Assembly (NCBI GenBank): GCA_020137815.1
Contig: CM035355.1
Location: 2,418,001 to 2,482,000 of the forward strand
Reading direction: 5' to 3'
Origin: Hormiphora californensis
Taxonomy: Eukaryota > Animalia > Ctenophora
DNA: 64,000 nt
Each line of letters begins with the position of its first letter. Positions within the stretch are counted from its first letter, which is position 1. The translations under genes were made by a program, and so were the position numbers. Shown piece by piece: positions 1 through 25,669 of this stretch. The notes beneath the pieces were generated by a model. That model worked only from the letters and a program-made list of their open reading frames with translations. It was not told the DNA's origin and did not search any database.

Positions 1-614
1 CTACATAATCGATGTTTACCTTTATTTATTAGGGAGAGTAGACAAGCTTCTTGAAGTTGAACAGCGGGTTAGGGTACGGCACAAGGTTCTTGAGTAACAG
101 CAAATCTTGTAAACTATTCATGTACACTATTGTTCTCCAGCGGGGAGGGAGGGTCGAACAAGGCAACTCCAGGTTATAGGATTTGGACATGATTTTTGCC
201 ATTATGTATCTAGAGGTGATATTATATGAAACATTCGGGCATTCAAAGTAGGAGTTACACAGTTTGATATGGGTACCTTAAAACAATATCTTAAATGTGG
301 AGAAAAATAAAATAAAACATAACAGCTCACATAATTATGATAATGGCTCCTTATAAAATCGGCAGTTTCCTCACTCTCTCAGCTCTCTTACTTTACTTGT
401 AATAAATAAATCTCACAATCACACATCTGTTCCATCTTACCCCTTGGCAGCTTGGTCATAAATCCATCTCATAATCATAATATCAATAACAACTCTCTCT
501 TAAAACTTTAAACGAATTCTCTGTACAGCGAATACCACTCCTCACAGCCCTCAATTACACGGGCATGGCTCCCCTCAATATGATACATCAAAAAAAGCAT
601 AAAACATCATCACA

Positions 615-12507
<11,893 letters not shown>

Positions 12508-13432
12508 TTTTTACGAACACGTGTGTGGGGAAGCTGGGGTGGCGCCAAAAAGAAGGACACCGAAGTTTGGGAATGAGAGAAAAAAGAACTGAATTAAGAG
12601 TTAAGACGAAGCACTAATAACTGCTAGGGATTCATGAATCACGGCTGGAAGGGCCCTGGGCCGAAGGGATTTTTTAAATTTAGTTACAATGGGATCGGAA
12701 TGATTATTTATCTGGGCCTATAATTAGCCTTTTTCATAAATAGAAGAACCCATACAGAAAAGTTCTATATGCATTGTTATAGATTATGGGGAGATTGAAC
12801 TACGCCAGGACGACTTGCCTAGCTAGACTCTGTTTGTTAGAACATAACAAAGAACGGCATGACACTGGCGACTTCTCAAAATTAGTGATCTACAAATTCA
12901 ATAGAAAATTATCCTTGTTTCTTTTCTTTACCAGGGCTGGAATGTGGAGACAATAACAAAATTATCCATTTAATCAGAAGTAAATTACAAATTAATGAAG
13001 TGGTAATCAGAACCTAATAATAGAACAAACCTGTGGAATCCTTTTATACTTCCCCTCAGCCATTCTCTCTAGGATCTCCTAAATCTTACACACAGCTCCG
13101 ATTTTAATCCATTTTAGACATTCGCTGAGAGGGTGTGTTAGGTTTAATATTTTTAGTCCTAAGTACACCCATTCCGTACGAAACAAAGGTCAAAATTTAT
13201 CAGCTGAGGGATGGGACGGTATCAATTCTTACTTCAACTTTGATGTTTGTATTTGCATGCATCTTTGATCATTAATAGAGATTGGACAGGGGGCTGAACC
13301 TTTCAGCGACAGGTAGCAGGCTTCAAAAGAATCTCAGAACTTCAGAGACGCGTCTACAACTACAACTGTCAATATCTTCCAGAGTGTTAGAAAGAACACA
13401 CACGCTCCCCTTAAGTGGCTTAAGAAATCACG

Positions 13433-13521
13433 CAAAACTCGCATTTGTCCGATTCAGATCTACCGTTTTGCTGGGTTTCGCGGCAAAACGGTATATCTGA
13501 ATCGGAAAAATGCGAGTTTTG
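13433..13521. repeat. ~90-bp hairpin palindrome (mini-MITE)
   Basis: caaaactcgcatttgtccgattcagatctaccgttttgc versus gcaaaacggtatatctgaatcggaaaaatgcgagttttg. Confidence 0.8.
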
Positions 13522-15665
13522 ATCACATAGAGAGACCCTTATTGATGCCACGGTAATTAGGCGGTGGAGTATTTGGCAAACGCCGATGGCCCCGCGGGAT
13601 AAGCCTTATCCGATAAGGCAGCGCTTTTCAAATTTGTGATTTGCTCAAAAAAACGTGTCAGATTTAAAAAAAAGTCAAGTTGTGAAAAAAGTTTAAAGTG
13701 ATGCGACGCGCATACGGTTGTGACGCGCATTTTTAGAATGCAGTGTAAAACATTTTTTAATGCGCCTTTCGCCATTTCGAAATGTAGCCAATTTTTGAGA
13801 CTGCCCCAGGCCCAGAAAACGTTAAAATTGTAAAAATGTCATCATTAAAATCTGTGTTCCATGTTTTTCTTCTCCGCCTTTCGTTTCACCGCTGATATTT
13901 ATTTAATTTCACCCCTGCTATGATATGCTGTCCATAGCGGGTTGGTTACAGTCCTAACTTCATTTTAAGTATGGTTGACGGTTGTCAAAGAAGCCTAAAA
14001 ATACTAAAAACCGAAAAACACCACTTTCTTCAAAAAATCAAGGCATGAGTGAGGGGTGCATTTGATTCTACGTCAAAAAAAGCTACCAGATAAGCTCAAA
14101 AAATTTTTTAGAAAACTTTTCAATTACCCTTTTTTTGGAAAAACACCACTTTCATCAAAAAATCAAGGCATGGTGCATTGGATTCTACGCTCGAAAAGCT
14201 ACCAGATAGGTTCAAAAACAATTTTTCGTAAAATTCTTAGTGACCACCAAAAGGCCACTGTGTTGCCATGCTACGCAGTCTGTAAATTTGGCTCTTTAAG
14301 CTTACGATCGCCCTTCGGGCTCGTGTAAGCTTACGTAAGCTCACATCTGCAGATAAGAAACGCCGTGTCGAAATTCGAGCGTGCTCCTGGAATATTATTC
14401 TCCTGTGGGTCAGCAAAATTGAAATTAAAATTTGACGTTTTTGGTCATGACACCTTGTCATGGCCATGCTACGTTCGGACTTCGGGCTCACCGCTCGCGT
14501 AAGCTGTGAGAGCCGACAGACTGGGAAGATGTCAAGTGGAACCCGTCATCGGTAAGTGAAATTGCCCAATTAGAGTAGGTGTAGCGAACTTTTTACCAGA
14601 CGTGTCCTGAATGTCCTCAAACGGACATGACTGTCCTCAAATGGACTCGGATTTGACTTCAAGGACACCCCTCGTTTTGAGGGCAGTGGTCCCTAAATTC
14701 AATCATAGAGCACAAAAGTTTTTTTCCCGATCCGCTATGTGTGAAAACTATAAAACACTCTTCGGCTTCCGAATTGGGTCAAGGAGGCCGGGAACATTTT
14801 TAAACTCGACAAGGTTGTACACCTCAGGAGTCAGGGGATACTCGTGTATTCATCGGAACTCCTTGATGGGCTGAGCCGGGCACGGATCCTTCCAGTTGCT
14901 AACCCAGATGAGTTCAGAGAGGCTGAAGCGTTTGATTATGTGGATGTGTCGACATGATTAGTCGAACTATTTTGAAGAATTGAAGATAAACTTTGAACAG
15001 TTGAGCAGTTCGGTGGTTAGAGCAATTTTTATGCAGAAAGAGAATGAGGTGTAAAGGGTGCAGGGTGGGTATTTTTAACAAAATTTATTTCTCACAATGA
15101 TTGAAAAAAATCATCACTACAAAGCAAAAATGTTTGTCGAAAACTGATAGATTCATCGTTGAAACCGTCTTTGGGTGTAACATGCTTGTCGCATTATGCG
15201 TGTCGGTTGTTGTCAAAAACTTGTCGGAGCAACTTTTTTTGGCCCTCCATATGAATTTGCATAATGATGATATATTATGTTGCTGCAAAACGCATTGATC
15301 TTTTATAGAACGACTACTAACAACTACAATGAATTGTCGAAGCTTGTGATTGACCACTTTCAAGACATTTGCATTAATTATAACCAGCGAATCTAACATC
15401 TTAACATTTCGAAGCACTTGGTAAATAATAAATAATAATGCACAAATAAAATTAAATAACGAGTGCTTTGAAATGAATTTACAAAATTGCCCAGCGACGT
15501 CTGACCTCTATAGAATAATTTAACTTCACGGAAGCGGATCAAACGACGCTTGACAATTATTATACACAACGCAATACAGTCGAACCTTGATTTTCCGGAC
15601 TCGGGAGAAAGGTATTATACTGTCTGCTCCTAGAAACATGTTGATGATATATTGATATCTTCATT

Positions 15666-16400
15666 CTAAGGGGAGTCAAACTCAATATGACTCAGTACTG
15701 TCTCGACAGATTCCAACTTTTCCAAATGAGGGGCGGCCGACCAACTCGATTGATCATTCTCTATGATTAGCTCTAGTGAGTTTGTGCCACTGAGCCCGCT
15801 AATGGGTCTCACAGTCCCATGGCGCCTGTTTCGTGAACCCTGCAATGTTTGACTATTGTACATTGACGGCCGAGATATCCTCCTCCTATACTGAACGGGG
15901 GTACTGACGAGGGCCTGGCCAACGTTTCCCTGTGTCCCCAGGATATACACGATGGGGTTAGTGACTGTAATGAGGTAGTGGAGTCCCAGAAAAAAGTAAT
16001 AACAGGTTGAACGGGCGAGGTACGCTCCTGAGAAGTAGAGGACCGTTGATGGGATCCAAGATAGCGCACAAGTGAGAATAACAACTCCACTTATGATTCC
16101 AAACTTTTTATGTTTCGATAGCACAGCTTTCTTCTGGAAGGGTTTAACGTGGACCTCCCTCGTGCAAATGTTCCACCACATGGACCCGTAAAGGCAGGTT
16201 ATCAGAGAGGTTACCAGGATACAACACACTGTGACCTGGGAGAATATATCGAGATGTCAGGGACGTGGTTGCTATTTGACTACATAAATTATATTTGAAC
16301 ATGTTGCTAACTGTATATTTAACAACTTTAGGAAGTAGGATGGACAGAGAGATTATGGCCAGAGAGAGAAATTTTGGACAGCTCAGAGAGAGAGATTTTG

Positions 16401-16469
<69 letters not shown>

Positions 16470-19400
16470 TTGAGAGAGATAGCGAGATCAAGAGAGGATA
16501 TAGTGCGAGAGAGCCCTCTCGTTCCTCTCTCTAAGATCTCTATCTCATCTCTCTATCTCTCTCTCTCTCTCTCTCCTCTTTCTCGGTGTCTCTCTGCTCT
16601 CTCTGTTGAAGATCTTGGCATTTATTCGGTTACGTGGTTAAATCATGTGCTCTACGTCCTACTACTGGATGGGAGAAACCACGTCTTGACCAAAAGCTGG
16701 TTGTTAAATTGTTTGATATTTTAAGTCTACAACTACATAAATGTCAGGTACGTTGTTGACAGATCTATAAAACTGCCGTACGTTTACTTTTCTACTGCTC
16801 ATATAGTTTTCAGTTATATTTAAAAATCAATGCCTCGATCTGCCAGGCAGATATAGCAGTCTGACAAGACAGCAGTTCTCTAGAAATTCTCTAGAAAGTT
16901 TTATTATTATGAAGCAGTTTAATACAGTTTAATACAGTTAATTAGGGAATATTAGCTTTGAACTAGGGAAAAATTTGTAACAAGCTAATTCCTTCACCAA
17001 TCGGTCCCTATGGGTCCCTAGAATCACCAAAAAATCACAAAAAATCCGCGATGGCTAAGTTGGGTTTTTGGACCACGCCCTTTTGCCTGTATTTTCAGTG
17101 ATGTGGTTAAAAATATAAATTCTCTTAGAATAGGAGTAGAGAAGAAAATAAGGGCACTAAAGTGTGTAGCGTCGTCGCATTAGTGGGGGTAGACACCCAT
17201 GAAAAGTCTCTATCTCATTTGGTTAATTAGATAATTGGATAATTAGATCTGTGCATAGCCGTTTTTGGCCATATGGCTATAGCCACTTAGGAATGGTTTA
17301 GAGACTTTTCACTGGTGCCATTTTGTTGGTAATGGCCAAGTTATGGGGGGTCGACGTCGGACTTTTAAGCTCTATTTCGAACTGTTTAGCCGTTATTTGA
17401 CTTTAAAGGTGCTCAAAATCGGGCTTTTTACCGTTTTTTGCTCATTTTGAGCACCTTTAAAGTCAAATAACGGCTAAACGGTTGGAGATAGAGCTTAAAA
17501 GTCCGACGTCGACCCCCCATAACTTGGCCATTACCAACAAAATGGCACCAGTGAAAAGTCTCTAAACCATTCCTAAGTGGCTATAGCCATATGGCCAAAA
17601 AACGGCTATGCGCATATCTAATTATCCAATTATCTAATTAACCAAATGAGATAGAGACTTTTCATGGTTGTCTACCCCCACTAATGCGAGGACGCTACAC
17701 ACTTTGGTGTCGTTATTTTCTTCTCTACTCCTATTCTAAGAGAATTTATATTTTTAACCATATCACTGAAAATACAGGCAAAAGGGCGTGGTCCAAAAAC
17801 CCAACTTAGCCATCGCGGATTTTTTGTGATTTTTTTTCGGTGATTCTAGGGACCCATAGGGACCAATTGGTGAAGGAATTAGCTTGTTACAAATTTTTCC
17901 CTAGTTTCGGCCCTTATTTAGCTAAAATTCTCTTATTAAGTTTAATACAGTTCCAAGAAGTAGAACAGATTAAGACATAGTGGGGGGTCCCCTGGGTTTG
18001 GCTAAGTTATGCATCTACACTGTTTGCCACTAAATCGGGGTGTAGATTCTACAGTCGGACCCCGATTTAGTGGCATCCGCGGGGGGAAAAAATCCTGCCA
18101 CTAAATCGGGGTGCCACTAAATCGGGTTCAAATATTGTTAGTTTCCTATATCGGGGGAAAAAATCCTGCCACTAAATCGGGGTGCACCACTAAATCGGGG
18201 GCCACTAAATCGGGGTCCGACTGTATACTGTGCTGAGATAGATATATAGTGAGATAGATAGTAATTATCTATGCCATAAATAAAAATTTAAAATTTTAAT
18301 GCTGCATAGTTATGAATCAGTGATACTATTAAGTTGAAGTTAATTCAGTTCCAAGAAGAAGAACAGGTTAAGACATAGTGGGGGGTCCCCTGAGTTTGGC
18401 AAAGTGGTATTAGGTTCAATAAGTATCCTTGTTTGGTCTTATTATACCAAATTTTGCATTTTCGTGTGTGACTGAATTTGACGAGCCGAATATAAAATAC
18501 TGCAGGAATGCAATTACTAGAATAAACATCGGTATGTTTTGACATTCGATATTATGATATCTGTCTGGATGGAAGTATTCTCAGTTTGAACATATTTTTG
18601 AAAAAGTTATAATTATTTGAATGAAAAGAAATTGTGAAACTCTGCTTCATGCCTCAGTCCTTACCTGAACATACTCCAGCACCCGGAGTCCTTCAATTAC
18701 GCATCGTGATTTGGCAGCTGAGTGGCCGATAAACACTCCCTCAAAGAATGCAACGGCTCCACTCTCAACAGCCTAGGAATATAACATTGGGGATGTAGCA
18801 GGCTGCAATCATTATTTTCACTTTCCGAGACGACATGTGTAAACGATATGTCATTGGATATGACAGGACAAACCATCTGGGGAGATAATATATGGTTAGC
18901 ATCTATTGAAACATTGTATTGTTCTATAGACTATATAGCTAGATCAAGCTATCGATATGTTTATAGACTAGACTAGGAGAGATTATAAGCCACAGCAGTT
19001 GACAGTAAACATTAACCTGTCAAGAGTGATGGGAAGTAGGGCGACATTGTTGAGTGTACCAAAGAGGTTGATTAGCATGGGGCAGAGGAAACATAGTATA
19101 CTAGATCTGTGAATTGACTCCTCATAGTCAGGTGACATAAAACTGGGTCCACGGATCTGGAAGGGAGGAGAAATTCATCATAAAATATCACATTAGGGAA
19201 TAGGGACCAGTTACAGATTTGGAACCGGGTGTCAGGATGTTGATTGAATTTTATTACATTTTCTTGGTGGTATGATAATACCTTGATTACCTTATTTCAG
19301 GCTCTCAGTTCGGAAAAAAATACAAAATTAAACACAATTTGAAGTTGTTTGTCAACTCACCAGAACGCCAATGAGAGCATATCCCAGATCACAGAAAGCC

Positions 19401-19600
19401 ACATTTAAAACAGTGACCCTTTGATTTCGTGCCAGGAGTCTCGAATGTCGGATAAGGAGAGCAATGGCTGAGATGTTAAGAAGAACTCCGAGGGAACAGA
19501 GTATGGTGAGGAAGACACCGAAGTAGAGCCGCTCACTTGTCATGAGCCCTGCTGTTCGGGAACTGAGCACTTGAAGGTGGTAGGTGGTGTTGTTGAGCAT
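15666..19600 (-). CDS. Class A (rhodopsin-family) orphan GPCR, 4 exons (19600-19361, 19156-19017, 18876-18665, 16235-15666), one apparent +1 frameshift near 18772
   Basis: TM1 GVLLN, TM2 NVAFCD, TM3 LLPITLDRW (DRY-like), TM6 CALSWIP, TM7 TNPIVY (NPxxY). Splice phases agree once one base is removed from exon 3. Confidence 0.85.
16939..17939. mobile_element. ~1-kb foldback element (~460-bp near-perfect arms, 24-nt loop) in GPCR intron 3
   Basis: 16961-17419 is the reverse complement of ~17444-17905; the termini are taattagggaat-like. Confidence 0.9.
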
Positions 19601-20407
19601 CTTAACCAGCTAATTATTGTGGATGGAGTTTTATTAGGCTTTGGCAAAATAACACAAAAATTGTGCATTGCACAAGACTGCTTGTAGCGAGAAAAATGGT
19701 ATTGAAAGGGTATTGAAAGGGTATTGAAAGGGTAAGAAAATGTTTCTATGAACCGTCTTTCAAATACGGTATCTCCACTACAAGCGGCACTGTAATAATT
19801 GTCAGCAGCTGTTTTACGTTACAGATTGCAACACAAGTCATCTTTATCAGTTAAACCGTTATACCAGGTTTTGATCTTCTCGACTCGATCAAGATCAAAT
19901 TATATATATGAGTTTCGCAACCCCAGACATATATTATACGTGGGTTGGAGATAAAGAGATAACCACTCCCCCCTTCTCGGACAACCCCCACAACGATAAT
20001 ATGATAGTTAGGAGCGGGAAGTCCGATTTATGGCCGTTATCCCTAACTAAGAAGGAATTGGACAACCCACTCAACAACTGAACAAATTTGAAGCTTGCTA
20101 TAGAGAGGGACTGATCACGATAAAAGCACTTTGACAGATTATAAATATATTTTGAATATGCGTGACTGCGTTTTATATAATGTATACATAATATATGGTG
20201 GTGTTTCACAATTGTGGAATATAATGAAAAAGTTTTCCAGCAAGAGAGGATGGGTAATAACGGTAGAATATATAAAAATTACAGTTGGCTTTATTGAAGC
20301 GAAACCAAATTCAACCTGACAATAATTTTTGCAACATCTGAAATAGGAAAAGTTTACCACCAACGAAATGAACAGTATGTGGCATATCCAAATTGATTCA
20401 CCCTTAA

Positions 20408-21797
20408 GGGTACGCTAACCAAAATTTTTTTTCGAGTGCAGGGAAATCTCTCACCGTAGGGTTGTAGGCCATACCAAGGAGACCTCAAATATGCAATTTT
20501 AGCCCTTAAGTCGAATTCATATTTTTGCTACAGCTGTTTAAAAAATGTCCTGAAAATACGTTTTTGGCATCTCAAAAATTTTTTTTCAAAGATAGGAGCA
20601 TGAAAATTTGGGGATTTGAAGAGGACATGAAGGTGAATAACCACAAAAAATTTTTTTGCAATCCGAGCTGATTTCCGGTCCTGAGATGGATTTCTTTTTT
20701 TCCACTTTAACGCCCTATTTGGCAAAGTTCCGAAAACATGTGAAAGCTGTAAATTGGTGAAAAGTTGCGTCTAACGATTATCTAAGTGGCCATAAATTTT
20801 GGGCGTGTCCTTATTTGAGATAAGCTGTACGGAGTTTTTTTTGTGAAAGCCGTCATTTCAGAAATAAATAAATTCCCTGTATCTCAAAAACGGCTGATCG
20901 TAGAGACCTGAGACTATGCTTAAACGATTCAGAAGGTCCGATTTTGGGGGGGTCTTCTGAGAGACATTTTGCTCCTACTTCAACCGTTTTTGCTGTAATT
21001 GCGAAAAACAATAACCCATCTTCGCCATCGTGGATTTTTTGTGATTTTGTTTTTGATGATTATAGGGACCCATATGGACCAAATAGTGAAGGAATTAGCT
21101 TGTTAAACATTTTTCCATAGTTTCGGTCCTTTCTTAGCTAAAATTCCCTAATTACAGGATATTGGAGTTTAGCTTTTGCCCTTTTCATAGAATTTGTTTT
21201 TCGCAATTACAGCAAAAACGGTTGAAGTAGGAGCAAAATGTCTCTCAGAAGACCCCCCCAAAATCGGACCTTCTGAATCGTTTAAGCATAGTCTCAGGTC
21301 TCTACGATCAGCCGTTTTTGAGATACAGGGAATTTATTTATTTCTGAAATGACGGCTTTCACAAAAAAAACTCCGTACAGCTTATCTCAAATAAGGACAC
21401 GCCCAAAATTTATGGCCACTTAGATAATCGTTAGACGCAACTTTTCACCAATTTACAGCTTTCACATGTTTTCGGAACTTTGCCAAATAGGGCGTTAAAG
21501 TGGAAAAAAAGAAATCCATCTCAGGACCGGAAATCAGCTCGGATTGCAAAAAAATTTTTTGTGGTTATTCACCTTCATGTCCTTTTCAAATCCCCAAATT
21601 TTCATGCTCCTATCTTTGAAAAAAAAATTTTGAGATGCCAAAAACGTATTTTCAGGACATTTTTTAAACAGCTGTAGCAAAAATATGAATTCGACTTAAG
21701 GGCTAAAATTGCATATTTGAGGTCTCCTTGGTATGGCCTACAACCCTACGGTGAGAGATTTCCCTGCACTCGAAAAAAAATTTTGGTTAGCGTACCC
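20408..21797. mobile_element. 1.4-kb TTAA-flanked foldback with 604-bp arms (Kolobok-like 5'-GG end)
   Basis: ttaa|gggtacgctaacc...ggttagcgtaccc|ttaa; arms 20408-21011 and 21194-21797; mirror-image ORFs at 20528(-) and 21480(+). Confidence 0.92.
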
Positions 21798-22379
21798 TTA
21801 ATTGTGGGTTAAACGCAATTTACCAGGGTTACCATGGTTACCAAGTATAGAGGATTACAAAATGATATGAACAATGATGGGAAGACATGTGGTAACAAGA
21901 AAAGTATTTTGATGATCAATATATTAGTATTGCTCACGGCATTTTATGGTAGATACATGTCTGTCGTTCTCGACGTGAGTGTGCTCAGATCGGGTCGGCG
22001 CCGCTAGACAGTTATATAGAAATTAGAAACTGAGTTCTACGGACATAGCATTATAATATGAACCGCAGCGTCACGTCTTCTTAGGTACACTTCCCAGCTA
22101 ATTAATTATATATATGCACTTCCCATTGTACATTGGTAGTGAACAAGCTGGAGAATTAGAGCAATGGCTGGATTTAGGGGAAGTCATCCAGTCATTATTC
22201 TCTACAGAGAACGGAGTCTCTACAGAGTCGTTATTCTCTACAGAGAACGGCTATGTCATTCCAATTCTCTGCAACCAGTTAACGAGCAAGCACTATATTA
22301 CAATTTGCAGCACGACATCATTGAGAGGTGAAATAATACTATATGGCGAGAAAGAAAGGAATGCCTAAGGAAAAGCTAC

Positions 22380-22675
22380 TGGCACCTTTCGATTCGAGCA
22401 CTCCGACAGTGCAGTACTGCAGCTTAGTTAACTACACAGTGACGAAGCGCTTAAGCCGGGAGGTACCAGCAACTGAAGTTGTATCCCACTGTGGTTAGAG
22501 CGGCCAGACAGAATAACCAGTCTGTGAGGTGGCGCCAGCCGAAACCTAAACCAGTATAAAACTGTTCTCAGGAGTATATGTACCTATTGGTATTGGTGAG
22601 AAATTGTTTTATAGGTTGGTGACCCAGTCACCCCTACAACTGAGGCCCCGGCAAAACGAGGCCCGTGTAGGCTGA
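22380..22675 (-). ncRNA. Unidentified structured RNA candidate
   Basis: Several nested helices whose mismatches resolve as G-U pairs on the minus strand; no family recognised. Confidence 0.3.
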
Positions 22676-24980
22676 TTTAAGCTTAAAGTTAAACAGGATC
22701 CTATAATTGCTCAGCAAAGTAAAGTATTATATTCATATCCCAGGCATTATACTGGACAGCCGGCCTTCATCGAATGACTAGGGATTATAATACGTTTAGG
22801 AATTATATAATTATGCATTTTGGGGACCTCGTTATTCGGCAGACAGACGGACGGGGGGCTGTGCATTGGGCGTGTCGCTGCACATAATACAATGTGGTAT
22901 ACAGATGTGTGTGTGTATAACTGAATTTCATCTCGAGTATGCACAACGCTTGCACACCATCGTAGACACAGGAAACGATTCCTGAACCGCGAGACAGTGG
23001 TCAGCTATAGCTCCAGCTGAGAGGTAGGACAGCTGTCAGGTCACTATAGAAAACAAGCCCTCCCGCATACAAGACATATATATTATACACCACAGGGAGG
23101 TGCGGGGGGATCAGTCCCCCTCGCGGCGGGGTGGTAAGAGTTGTGGGGGGTGCGTGCCAATCACGAGAAATGGAGCGTTGTTACCTGGCACACGATACAA
23201 TATATAATACGATCTGTGTGGAAATATTCTCGCAATATAAATTTCTCAATTAGATTTATGAACGATTATAATTTATATGATATTTTTGGCTTGGTTAATC
23301 GGTTAGCTATAAAGATATATTTAAACTTATAATAGAGGGTTAGATAGCTGATTCACTTGATAGTTCAACTGTGCAAGGCATTGCAAAAAATGGAGTACAA
23401 ATATCTGACTCTTTCACTATTTACTCGATTTGTAGTTACAAAATATCTCTCGCTCTCTTCAAATCCTATCACTTCGGGAGAGATCAGTAACTGCCGAGAC
23501 CTTGGGCGACTCTCACGCGATTTAGATGCAATCAAGACAACGCTACTAATAATTTATATGGGAAATTGTTTAACTACCTGCAATATATAACTAGCTTATA
23601 TGAAAACGCGGGTTGAACCTGTCAAATAATATTAAAGTTAATGGTTCCGCCAAAATGTGCAACTGAAATTAAACTGAAATTAAACTGAAAAAAGAACGTC
23701 TGAATTGCTACATATTGTGTCAATCCGGGAATTCAGAGTTGTGACGCACTTTGGCAGGAGTTAAAATTTCTAGTTTTGTGGTTTCTTTTATGGAATGCGG
23801 CGTACTGTGTCGATTTTTTAACGATAAAATCTTAGATTAGGAAATGTACCATTTGAAGACCGGCCGACATCGATGGAGTCGAATGACTATTGACTAATCG
23901 TTTACTATAGTTTTTGGTGCAGTATGGCTCGTTTGGTAACAAAGTTCACCGGCCTCTATTCCTGGTACATGAACCAACCAAGATAAGGAATTGTACATAA
24001 TAAATAAGAGAAGGTAAATGGAATTTCTGCTGAGAAAGATACATGGTCCTATAGTTCTTCCCTTCCAATTGTCTGGTACATATTATAATTAGGAAGATAT
24101 AAATTGACTAAAAGGAGAGAGATAGAAAGGAATTTGAAGTGTGTGCACCTCGTGGTATATGAAGCTGGATCTATTTTCGGTCCCAAGAAGCACACTTCAT
24201 GTGACACACACGGTATTGTGCCATCGTGCGTTCTAATTTTCACTTTAATTAACAGAAGACCTCCCTCCGCCGTCCTGTTTCTGGCAATGCAATGTGTTAA
24301 TGGTAGCTGGGACAATAAAAAGTGAGTGACCTGCCATGTTGCTAGAGATATATAATGTTTATGCTATTATAATTGGATCTTATGCAGGCCTACATAATAT
24401 ATTTAAAGAACTCACAGGGAGAAGAACATGGAACTCATACAATATGATAATGTCATATAAGGACGGGGCACTAGACTAGACCAATGATAATTAAACCGCA
24501 GTCTACGTACCATGAGCTCCCATGACTAGGCAGAGAGATAATATCTGGTGGTGATGAGCCATGTAACCAAGGGGGCTGCATCTGTAACCATAGGAGCCAT
24601 GTCTATCGTAGTGGCCGTGGTTGTGTGGTTAACATGAATTATGGGAGGATACGTTTACTGGTAAATGATGTAACACTAGAATTAGGTCAAACATGAACTT
24701 TGGGAGAGTTTTTACGAGTTCTGATGGCATTTGGAATGTATGGCCTATGTATAGTAAAATATCCCGGTAAATAGGTATCCGACTTTACCAGTGAATGTTT
24801 AAGAAACTTAGAGCTGACAGACGCATCAGAAGTTCATGTTGAAGGTTATCTAATTTTGATGAAGAAACATTTTTGACAGCTAAACACCACCCGAGTTATC
24901 TATTATTTGATAGGTATTTGATAGGCGTTTAACTTGCGAGATTCTTCTTATCATCAACTGACATTATTCACCGAATATTC

Positions 24981-25669
24981 TAAGGTGGACCACATACAGC
25001 ACTGTACTGAAATTCGTACCGCCGTATGTAGTGCCTCTAACTTCAGTTCTCACTAGCACATACAACACTTTCGGTGCAAACTCCAGTACGCACTGCCGTA
25101 TGTGGTGCCTCTTACTGATAAATATCGGTGGGACTATCAGTACACAATCTCACGTGAGCTTAGCTCAGAAAATATCAGTACGGTGCTGTATGTGCTCTTC
25201 GTACTGAACTGAAAGGTCACGTGGGGGTCACGTGCGCGCACTAGCCAATGACAGACCTGCATCTTACAATACACACACACCCACACCACAGCAACCAATA
25301 AGAGGCGCACGCACTCTCACTACGACAGAAAGGGCCACACCTAGAACAAGGGCGAGATTATCCGACATATCGAGAAAATATGTGCTGCAATCGGGAAAGA
25401 TAAGAGCTCTTAATAGAGAGATAAGTGGAGATAAACATAATAAGAGAGAGAAAATAAGGTAGAGAGAGTTCGGTATTAGTGAGAGGAAGATATTTCACAA
25501 AAAATTACGTGTTTTTAGCTTGTTTTGAAGGTTTTTTATTGATTGTTCAGTAAGAGGCACCACATAGTATGTGGTATGTGACATACACTCACTGTACTGA
25601 AGTTTCCACCGACAGTATGTGGTGCGACGTTACTGGAGTTCGCACCGGTGCTGTATGCGGTCCCCCTTA
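24981..25669. mobile_element. ~690-bp MITE with imperfect ~23-bp TIRs and subterminal repeats
   Basis: taaggtggaccacatacagcac ... gtgctgtatgcggtccccctta; repeated gtatgt(a/g)gtgc and tgtactgaa motifs. Confidence 0.7.

Noticed and set aside
18-210. Exon-like minus-strand segment with a 57-codon ORF downstream of GGT
   Set aside because: No recognisable homology, and the context is cut by the window edge.
13550-15420. Degenerate DNA-transposon ends and possible transposase fragments (14758-14958 +, 15085-15417 -)
   Set aside because: No paired TIRs, TSD or recognisable catalytic motif that I can support.
15930-16030. Opsin
   Set aside because: The position equivalent to K296 (ten residues before the NPxxY tyrosine) is Tyr, not Lys.
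22518-22546. Hammerhead ribozyme (ctgtgag...cgaaac)
   Set aside because: The core lacks CUGANGA, and stems I and III could not be built.
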